Positions 24,458 to 34,670 of a stretch of 64,000 nucleotides of DNA are shown here, in pieces. Both the position numbers and the translations under genes were made by a program. This DNA is from Leucoraja erinacea (taxonomy: Eukaryota), in contig NC_073384.1 in assembly GCF_028641065.1 (NCBI RefSeq), forward strand, positions 20,460,001 to 20,524,000. The letters are read 5' to 3'. Positions within the stretch are counted from its first letter, which is position 1; the number at the start of each line of letters is the position of its first letter. The notes under the pieces are model-generated. The model was not told the origin of the DNA. It worked only from the letters and a program-made list of their open reading frames with translations, and did not search any database.

Positions 24458-25598
24458 CGTTAGGTCCCAGCATCACATGGGAGGGCTGGTCACCCAACGC
24501 AATATTCCACCTCTCCACCAATTCCAATATTGCTGGCCAGTGGGGGGGGAGGGTTCTGTTGCGCTAGTTCGTACTATTTGTTATTTGTTGATCACACANN
24601 NNNNNNNNNNNNNNNNNNNNNNNNNNNNNNNNNNNNNNNNNNNNNNNNNNNNNNNNNNNNNNNNNNNNNNNNNNNNNNNNNNNNNNNNNNNNNNNNNNNN
24701 NNNNNNNNNNNNNNNNNNNNNNNNNNNNNNNNNNNNNNNNNNNNNNNNNNNNNNNNNNNNNNNNNNNNNNNNNNNNNNNNNNNNNNNNNNNNNNNNNNNN
24801 NNNNNNNNNNNNNNNNCATTCACACACACACACACAGACTCATTCACACACAGACACACACACACACACACACAGACTCATTCACACACAGACACACACA
24901 CACACAGACACATTCACACACACACACAGACTCATTCACACACACACGCAGACTCATTCACTCACACACACACACATACACACACACTCATTCACTCACA
25001 CACACTCACCCAATACTAAAATGCCAAGTAACTTCAGAGCGTGTTGAATATATAGTGAGTAAAACAAATGTTTAAAGCCTCATGTAGAGGCTGCTGGTGC
25101 TGAAGCAAAAACGTGCTTTAAATAACATCCAACAAACACACTCACCATAGACAGAGCAGTCAGCTCTCTTGAATTATTCAACGGCGCCTGCACTCAGTGC
25201 CATCTTGACGTCACCCTCTCGCTTCTTGCCACGAACCGGAAATGACACACTCAGCGCCAGATGCCGCTAACCGGAAATGACGTCATCTGCACCATCTTGC
25301 AACTAAGCGAAAATCACAGAATGAGCGCCAATTTTGAAATTAAACAATCCTCATCTAATAAAATGTTTATTCACGCTTTATCCATCCGAAAACTGTTGCA
25401 AGCAAGCCCTTTTAAAGCCAAGCCAATTAAACATTAATATCTCTCTGATTTTTCATCGATGGGAAAAATCCTCCAGTCCAGCGGAGGGGGGCTCTGAGCG
25501 AGGTGGCCAAAAATGACGGCCGTAAGTGGCAGCGTTCTCTCGGAAATCACATCGCAGTGAGTCAAAAGCGGTCAAGATCTTACTTTTAGTAATATAGA
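24458..25598 (-). mobile_element. Non-autonomous Helitron, 3' end missing, spanning an assembly gap
   Basis: Minus-strand 5' end TCTATATTACTAAAAG; inserted between A and T (ggcgata|ttttgggtcggg) with no TSD; no CTAG terminus. Confidence 0.65.
24818..25010. repeat. (CA)n-based compound repeat with agactcattc interruptions
   Basis: Seen directly; adjoins the N gap. Confidence 0.9.
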
Positions 25599-26084
25599 TT
25601 TTGGGTCGGGACTCCCTTTCAGACTGAGCATCAGGAGAAAGGGAAACGAGAGATATAGATGCACAGAAAGAATTAATGAAAGATATGCAAAAGGCAATGA
25701 TGATCAAGGAACGGTGGAGTCCACCATGGTCCATTGTTGGCTGTGGGGTAAATGATAACGAGTAATACAGACAGTGAAACTCAAGATTGAATGGTGCCAG
25801 AACTACAATCTTGCTCTTAACTTTCACAAGAACATGAGGTTGATTGTTGACTTCAGGAAAGGAAAGCTGGGTATCAACAAACCTGTCTTCATCAATGGAC
25901 TGTGGTGGAGAGAATCAAGAGCTTCAAGTCCTTGGGTGTGCATATATCTGTGGTTCTGTCCAGAGCACCTGCACATCAATGCCTCTAATTCCTTAGAGGA
26001 TTAAGGAGATTCAGAATGTCGACAAATACTCCACAAAATTCTATTTAGGTATACAGTCTAAATCTAAAGCACATCAAATGGTTC

Positions 26085-27320
26085 TGAGCAGCCAGAATAC
26101 TTTCTACAGTGCATCTGTAGAAGTTTGTTATATTCTGTGACGTGACGAATCACTTGAAACATCTAAGAAAGTAGAAGTGCTTGTCTGCCTTCTTCATGAT
26201 TACATTTTTGGGCTGAGCCCAGGAAAGGTCATCCGAGATGTTAACGCCCAAGAATTTGAAGCTGCTAACACTCTCATCTGCCGACCCATCAATGAAAACT
26301 GGCACGTGGTCTCCCGAGATCCCGCTTTTGAAGGTCAATGAATAGTTCCTTGGTTTTATCGACATTCAGCAAGATGTTTGCTGTCCTTATCGATGGGACA
26401 TCTGTGGAGAGAATCAACAGCTTCAAGTCGCTCTGCATATCACTGACGATTTGCCCTTTGCCCAGCGCATTGATGCAATCGGAAAAAAGCTCATCAATGC
26501 CTCAGCTTACGTAGAAGATTGAAGAGATTCACAATGACGACAAATACTGTATCAAACTTGTATAGGTTTACAGTAGAGAGCAGCTTGGCTTGGTTCAGCA
26601 ATTTGACCACCCAGGAACTACAGAGAATGATAGACAGTGCCTGGTCCATCACTGGTACCAGCCTTCCCACCATTGAAGGGATCTATAGGAGTTGCTGCTT
26701 AACATAATGTCAGTTAAGAGCATCAAACAACACCAACCTGGCCACACTCTCATTTCACTACAACCATCAGGAAGAAGATACAGGTGCTTGAAACCCATGA
26801 CAACCACATTCAAGAACAGCTCCTCTTCAGCAACCATCAGGCTCTTCAACACGACACCACAGTAATCTCAGCAACTGTAATCTTTATGTACTGTGTCTTC
26901 AGTTGCGCTATAGACTTTAGTTTGCATAGTTTGCACTATCATGGTTATTCACATTATATTTTTGATTGTTATATTATCTATGTGCTATTGCTTTTTACGA
27001 GCCTGCGAAGAATATCACTCTGTTGTCAGTACATATGGCAGTTAAACACTTCTGACTCTAGGTTTGTTGCAATATTCAATAACATGCCGAGTCTCTAAGT
27101 AAGTAGAGGTGCTGGCAGGTCTATTTCATGACTACATCTACGTATATACCTTGACCAGAACAAGATTCAAGACTTAGGAATTTGAAGTTACTCCCTCCAC
27201 TGTTGATCCAAAAATGATAATTGACATGTAGTAGTCTCCTGATTTCCCCGTTGAATGAGAGGTTGTTGTTGCAGCAGCACTCAACCAGGTGTTCTGCATC
27301 TCTCCTGTACACTGACTCAC
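26085..27320. mobile_element. Cluster of Rex1/Babar fragments in alternating orientation
   Basis: Minus about 26085-26375, plus about 26380-27055, minus about 27060-27320. Confidence 0.6.
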
Positions 27321-27584
27321 AGGTTTAAAGAGAGAGGGAGAAAGTTTACCAAATAACTGAGGGATACATTTTTCACACCAAGTGTGGTTGGTATCTGAGT
27401 GAGTTGCTGGAGGAGGAACAGTAACAGCATTTTAGATGCATCAGTACAGGTACTTAAATGAACAAAGTTTAGAAGGTCATGGAATTAATGTAGGCAAGTG
27501 CATTATTTGAGATAGGCACAATCGTTGGTATCGATGTCATGTTTCTATGTCGTACAACTCTGACTCAATGACTGATGATGTTTG

Positions 27585-27880
27585 GAGGCACGGTGACGCA
27601 GTGGTAGAGTTGCTGCCTTACAGCTCAGAGACCAAGGTTCGACCCTGACTACGGGTGCTGTCTGTATGGAGTTTGTACATCCTCCCTGTGACTGCATGGG
27701 TTTCCTCCAGGTACTCTGGTTTCCTCCCACAATCCAAAGATGCATAGGTTTATAGGTTAAATGGCTTCTGTAAATTGTCCCCAGTGTGTTGGATAGAGCC
27801 GGAGTACTAGTGATCGTTGGTCGGCACAGACTCGGTCGGCTGAAGGGCCAGTTTCCACGCTGTATTTAACTAAACAAAAC
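27585..27880 (+). mobile_element. HE1-like V-SINE
   Basis: ggcacggtgacgcagtggtagagttgctgcc head. Confidence 0.85.
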
Positions 27881-28044
27881 TTCTGTACTCACTGTCCTGA
27901 CTGACGAAGGCAAGTGCTCCAAATGTCTTCTTAACCAAACTGTCTTCCTGAGTCGCCACTTTCAGGGTACCCTGTACTGTGTACCTGTATTCCTCAGTGT
28001 CTTGGTTCTACAACTTTTCCTCCCATTTACTGTGTAAATGGGAG

Positions 28045-28593
28045 GAGCAAAGAGGTCCTTCTGCAGTTGTACTGAACCCTAGTGAGACCGCACCTTGAGT
28101 ATTGTGTGCAGTTTTGGTCCCCTAATTTGAGGAAGGACATTCTTGCTACTGTCATATGCTGAGAAAATGGAGCAGCTGGGTTTGTACACTCTGGAGTTTA
28201 GAAGGATGAGAGGGAATCTCATTGAAACATATCAGATTGGTAAGGATTTGGACACGCAAACATGTTCCCGAACAAACATGTTGGGGGAGTCCAGAACCAG
28301 GGGCCACAGTTTAAGAATAAGGAGTAAGCCATTTAGAATGGAGACGAGGAAACACTTTTTCTCACAGAGAGTGGTGAGTCTGTGGAATTCTCTGCCTCAG
28401 AGGGTGGTGGAGGCAGGTTCTCTGGATGCTTGCAAGAGAGAGCTAGATAGGGCTCTTAAAAATAGCAGAGTCAGGGGATATGGGGAGAAGGCAGGAACGG
28501 GGTACTCATGGGGGTGATCAGCCATGCTCACATTGAATGGCGGTGCTGGCTTGAAGGGCCAAATGGCCTATTCCTGCACCTATTGTCTATTGT
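28045..28593 (+). mobile_element. CR1/HER1 LINE 3' fragment
   Basis: LGLYTLEFRRMRGNLIETY...GESRTRGHSLRI...FFSQRVVSLWNSLP; (ctattgt)n tail. Confidence 0.9.
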
Positions 28594-31500
28594 AATATCT
28601 GCCCTACTTTAATATCTGCCCTACTTTAAGTTCCAAATTTAAATTTTCTATAATGCAGCCCTTGCCAAAAATTTACAAACTTTGATGCTACTACCATATT
28701 CTGTGTTTATATAGTTATTTTTTCTCACATAAATTTTGTAACTTTTATTCCGTATCTTAAACTTGTTGGTAGTGGTTTATGATTTCCATAAGGGTGAATT
28801 TTGGTTACCTGAACTGCCCTAAGATAGCTGGTCACTATATTTCTCTAGTTTCATTCGACTGGAGGCCATTTGTTTTCCCCTTACTAACCACGTTTAGGTC
28901 AATTTCCAGTGTTCAATAAACTTAACAATGTGGGAGAAAACCGGAGCACCTAGGGAAAACCCACGTGGCCACAAGGAGAACATGCAAACTCCCAAATCCG
29001 TACGTTCTTAGGTTTCTAAGCTGTGAGATAGCAGCACTACCCGTTGCACCCTCATGCCACCCTGCCCCATAGTGACTGAGGTGGATTTAAACCAGAGGCT
29101 TGTTGCTTGCAGCTAAGAAGTTTGGCCTTTGGTCGCCATTGTGTTCTGGCTGGCCAAGCCTGATGTTGCTTACTTCATCAAAATTGACACAACACCAGGT
29201 TAAGGGTAGGGAAATGGTGTTTGGAAGGGATAGCAATGCCTGCGTGTGTGATGCTGGGTGTGGAAAGCCCACGGCTCAGTCTGCCAAGTGTATTTTCCAA
29301 CAAAGGATCCAGGCGAGGACATGTAGGCTGCAGGAATAGTGTTTCCCAACCTGTACAGCACAAGGAATCTAGGCAATAGAGATTTGGACACACACCCATT
29401 TGGGTCATTGTGTTTCAAAGGCCTTATTTTGGAATGGCTTGCAGAATACTCCTGAATGGAAACTCAGCAGAAGACATGGCAGATTTTTCCACTGGCACAA
29501 TGCAAAAGGAAAACATTCAGTCATTCGTAAGGGTTTTCTGATCCCAATGGGCTGGAGTTGTAGTGTTTTCTAACATGATACATAACACAGTCACCATAGA
29601 AACATTACACATACAGATGTGCACATACCAATGTGCTGCTTGGGTTTGATTCCCTCCATTCCCATCACCAGTAGCTGCACGTCTGCTAGAGAAGGGAAAC
29701 CAGGCCTCCTCTAGCACGAGTTCCTGTGCGGAGCGCTATTGGCAAAACATCGCTGCCTCCTAAGGTCTGAAACCGGCGTGCTGAATGTCAGATTCAAGGG
29801 TGAGGAAAGGATGAAGAGGGGCAGAGGTCAAGGGGATGGCTCAGGGTTCAAAAAGGTTGATAAGGGTTTGATTCTTGTTCTTGCGTTTGAGGCCGCAGAA
29901 GTTATGAAACACCCTCCGGGCGCTGTAGCCAGTTCTTGGCCTTGGTGAGGCTTTCTGCATTCAGCTACAGCAGGGTGATGCCTTCACTTCGACATCCATA
30001 GGTGCCCGCCCCAAAAAGGGGACATGCTCCGGGTTGGCGCCAAGCTGCGGCGACTGAGGTTGCATTAGGGCTGAAAGTTGTTGGTTGTTTGTTCGTTGTT
30101 ATTTCTGCTGCCGTCTCTGTTTGTTGTCATTCGCTTGACTGAGGTCAGTTGACAGGGCTCACCACGGGGTGGTCGACAACATGACCAAGGGTTTGGTTAA
30201 AGAAAGGACACAAAGTGCTAGAGTAACTCAGCAGGTCAGGAGGCAGTATCTCTGGAGAACATGGATAGGTGACGTTTCAGGTTTGGACCCTTCTTCAGAC
30301 CCTGGGCCTTAAGTACCTGGGCCAAGGGATATTTTGAGAGTTCAAGGAGGTTAAATTCAGTAGTCAAAGGGAGAATGCAAGCGTCACGGAGTTGCTCTGG
30401 GATCCAAGGAGAGTTGGTACAAGATGGTATTTAGACATTTGGTTTAACAGTGTTTGGGATCATATGAGATGTTGGCAGATCCCCATGACTGCAAGCATAC
30501 CATGTATGTGTACAACAGGTAGTGCAGAAAGAAAAATAAACAGAGTGCAGATATAGTGTTACAGCCACAGAGAAAGCGCAGTGCAAAAAAGTGTGAGGGG
30601 CACAATGAGTAGATTGGGAGGTCCATTCAGTAGTCAGTGGGGAAGAAGCTATTCTTGAATCTCATTGTAATTTGCATTCAAGCTTTTTATCTTAAGCCTG
30701 TTATGAGAGAGGAGAAGAGGGAATGACTGGGCTAGAATTGGTTCTTGATCTGGTAAGTGCCCCTTGATTATGTTTGCTGCTTTACTGATGCAGCATGAAG
30801 GGTAAATGGAGTACATTAGGGAAGGAGGGAGGGTGTGGGGCGCAGGGGGGGGGGAGGATGCTGGTTGGTTAAAAAATCATGTGGGCCCCAGACATGGTAA
30901 ACTGGAAATTTCATTTGGATAGCCACGTGAATTGAAAGATTTAGAGGCTTGAAACTCTTCAGCACCTTTCAGCACATTTACAGAATACTGAAAAACAAAA
31001 TACAAGAAAACAAGAACAGATGCTGCTGCAAACACTTGGCAGGTCAGGCAGCACCCGTGGAGAGAGAGCTAACATGTCAGGTATGATTTTGATTAGTACA
31101 GGTGTCAAGAAGTTATGGGGAGAAGGTAGGAGAATGGGGTTAGGTGGGAGAGATAGTTCAGCCATGTTTGAATGGCAGAGTGGACTCGATGGGCCTATTG
31201 GCCTAATTCTGCTCACTTATGACCTAATGAGGTAAATGAACTTTCATCTGATGAAGGATCATTGACCTGGAAGCTAAATGTCGATTCTGTTTTTCTCTCC
31301 ATGTTTAAAATGGAACTGGATTAATACCTGAAGAGCTGTAACCTGCAGGGCTGTGGATTGAGTACAAAGAATTGGGACTAATGTAGAGTCCTTACTTTGG
31401 CTAGCATGGAAGATGATGGGCCCAAGGACCTCACTTGGCAGGAGGTTCTATGATATTCTTTAGCTGCCACCCCAGGGGTAGTAGAACAGGCTGAATTAGA

Positions 31501-33359
31501 AAATAACTATAAACTAATGGTGGTACCGACAAGAGTTATGGGTGGTCCAACAATGTCTTGTTAAATGGGAGTCTGTTTTTTCATGCTACCTTTATAGAGA
31601 GGTATGAATATTGAGGAATTATAAATGGCTTGTAAAGGAATCATGTAAAGGAATCATGATCAAATATTGGAGTAATACAGCACAGATACAGGCCTCACAG
31701 CCTACTGAGTCAATGCCAACAATCAACCATCGTTTTACACAAATTATACTTAATTTCACAACCTTCCTGATCTCTCCCATAAATTCTACCATTTCTCTAC
31801 AGGTAAGGGACAAATTAAAGTGGCCAGTTTTGCCCAATTGTGGGCACATTACTGGATAAAACTTGTCAAAATGCTGGAGAAGGTCTGTGGTACCTTTGGA
31901 AGAAGAGAGATTGGAATATCAAAAGGTGTTTGTAGGCAGTCAAACTCCTTCCATCAATGGTGCTAAGCTCTAGGTAATGCAATGTAAGGTCAGTCCAGGA
32001 GAGGTCTTCCCATGAGTTGGTGAGAGGATGCATGTAGAGAGTGAATATTTATTATCCTGCAGGAGCTAGTTGGTCAAGATGAATTTATTTAGGTGAGGGA
32101 GAGAGAACAGGACAGTGGGATTAATCGGTTAGCTCTTTCAGAGAATCAACTTTGTCTCAATGAGCAGATGAGCCCGCTGATATTTCTTGATATGAAGGTA
32201 ATCTAGAGCTACTGGGGGGCAATGCAATGTGGTGCTTATTGAATGGCAGATCAGGTGCCAGAGGCCTTTTGCTTCTGTTTGTTGAATGTAAGAAATAGGA
32301 GTACGGGGAGGCTATTTTTCTTCTTGAACTGTTATGCTATTCAAAAAGATGGACTTATGGAGTCAGACAACAGTGCAACAGGCCTTTCAGCCCACCATGT
32401 ACCATGTCAACCATCAAGCTTCACTCCGTATTAATCCACTTGGTCCGTAGCTGCCCTTGCCTTAGTGATTCAAGTGTTCACAGATCATTGATGATTCAAG
32501 TGCTCCTAGATATTATGAGAGATTCCAAAAACTCCCTGGATCAAAATTCCATCGCAGATCGCGTCTAAATCGCTGGCCCCTTACAATAAACCAATGCCTT
32601 CTATTTAAGATACCTCTGCTCTGAGAGAAGGCTAAGTACTAATAGTAGAGATATGCCCTTCTTAATTTTGTGTACTTTAATCTGGCCCCTCCTCAGCCTC
32701 CTTCCTTCCAAGTAAAACAAACCTAGCTTGCCCAGGTTCTCCTAATAATAAAAAGTTCCATCCCCAGCAATACTCTGCACCTCCTGCAGTGCAATCAATT
32801 CTTCTTGTTGTGTGGGGGCCAGAACCACACGGAATACTCCAAACCCACATCTTGTCTATTTTCTCACCCTATCCCCATACACTCTGTCCAAAAGAAGGTC
32901 TGCCGCTCTGAGTTTTGGATATGCCCACAGACCTTTTCCAAAAACTGAATGATGAAAATTTCACCTCATCTCATTCTCAGAATAACCAATCTCCTCGGTG
33001 GCTGTCCTCTCTATTTCCTGTGGAATATATCTGTGAACCCGGGCTTTCATCCCTCGAATGTCTAAAGGCCCAGTCTAATCATCTCTTCTCATCGTCCATT
33101 CACCTCGCCCAGATAACACTTTACAATCTCCAATGTGCTCCACCCACAAGCTTATAGTCATAAAGGTATGACGAAAATCTTGCACCTGTGATGCTGCTGC
33201 AAGCAAGATTTTCATAGTAGCCTATAACTCACCATATTAGGACATGGTTTCATTTCCCTCCTTCCTTCGGGAAGAAGGCACAGGAGCCTGAAAACCATGG
33301 CCACCAGGTTCTCCCCAGTAATCATCATGCTTTTGAACACCACACCACACCTAAGTGAT

Positions 33360-34060
33360 TGCAGCGGGTTCCTCCTCAACACCCTGCTCTTCCTCGCCCT
33401 GGTCCACTATCCGGCAGTCGGTGTTGCCATCCAGTCACGAGCGGGGCCCCCGGTGGAGGTCCCTCTACGCAGGGATTCTCCCCCTCTACATTGGGGATGT
33501 GGGGTGGAGAGTATTGCACCGAGGTGTTCCATGCAACCTGTTTATCTCGCGGTTCACAGACTCGCCAGCCGCCTGCCACTTTTGCGGGGTGGAAGTGTGT
33601 ATCACGTGTATATGGAGTGTGTGAGGCTGCAGCCACTGTTCCATTACCTAAAGGGGCTGCTCCTTGCCTTCTAGCTGCATTTTTCACCCACCATCCTCAT
33701 CTTTGGAGAGGGTAGGGCTGAAGATGTCCTGGTTTAGTTGCTCCTGGGCCTGGCCAAGTTGCCTTCCGCGAGTCACTGCGGCAGGCGGAAGAGGGCTCTG
33801 CCCGAGTCAGCTACCTGCCCCTTTTCCGGGGTTACGTCCGTGCCCGGGTGGTACTAGAAAGGGACTACGCGCTGTCCACGGGCACCCTGGGGGATTTCCA
33901 GGACCATTGGGCACCGAGGGAGGTGGAATGTATCCTGGATAAGGATGGTAATATCGTTGTTTACTAGTTTATTTGTTTAGTCTTGTACTATGGTGGTGGG
34001 TTCTGTTTTGTTTTATTGTGCTGTAAATACTATTTTAATATTTGAATAATTATTTTTGAT
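33360..34060 (+). mobile_element. Tx1/L1-clade LINE 3' fragment (C-terminal zinc-binding zf-RVT region)
   Basis: GDVGWRVLHRGVPCNLFISRFTDSPAACHFCG, then after a frameshift SVYHVYMECVRLQPLF; T-rich 3' UTR; gtgat on both sides. Confidence 0.75.
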
Positions 34061-34287
34061 TTTTTGTGATCTCAGCACTCAGCAACTGCGGACCTCTATA
34101 GACAGTCCCTTCGGTTGCACTGCAGACTTTGTTTGGTTTGCACTGGTATTACAGTTATTAATTTATTCTGTTTTATTTTTTTATTTATCTGTGTGTATTG
34201 CATTTACGGGCCTGTTAAGCTGTCGCTGAATTTAAAGCATCCGTTGTTGGTACGTATAAAAAAATTTAAATTAAAAAAAAAAAAAAA

Positions 34288-34670
34288 TTCTTAAAGGGGT
34301 TGGATAGGCTAGATGCAGGAAGATTGTTCCCGATGTTGGTGAAGTCCGGAACAAGGGGTCACAGTTTAAGGATAAGGGGAAAATCTTTTAGGACCGAGAT
34401 GGGAAAAACATTTTTCACACAGAGTGGTGAATCTCTGGAATTCTCTGCCACAGAATGTAGTTGAGGCCAGTTCATTGGCTATATTTAAAAGGGAGTTAGA
34501 TGTGGCCCTTGTGGCTAAAGGGATCAGGGGGCATGGAGAGAAGGCAGGTACAGGATAATTGGATGATCAGGTTGGACAGGTTGGATGATCAGCCATGATC
34601 ATATTGAATGGCGGTGCATGCTCGAAGGGCCGAATGGCCCACTCCTGCACCTATTTTCTATGTTTCTATG
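34288..34670 (+). mobile_element. Young CR1/HER1 3' fragment
   Basis: Near-identical to 40620-40803 (+) and 58455-58822 (-); (tttctatg)n tail. Confidence 0.85.

Larger units (their letters stand above)
24351..25784 (-). mobile_element. Penelope-derived 3' element, split by a Helitron
   Basis: 24351-24457 joined to 25599-25784 matches the uninterrupted copy at 39390-39660. Confidence 0.7.
21790..26050 (+). mobile_element. Decayed Rex1/Babar LINE RT, split by nested insertions
   Basis: Segments 21790-22388, 24221-24350 and 25785-26050 give collinear RT motifs (aatgactaccaaccagtggcactg, gcattcaacaccatt, tgcaattggattcttgacttcctc, aaattcactgatgataccacc, tggtgccagaactacaatctt). Confidence 0.75.

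Noticed and set aside
24477-25075. ORFs of about 180 aa
   Set aside because: They consist of the N gap and (CA)n repeats.
29110-29205. Possible exon (ttgcAG...CAG|GTTAAG)
   Set aside because: Weak acceptor and donor, and no recognisable peptide.
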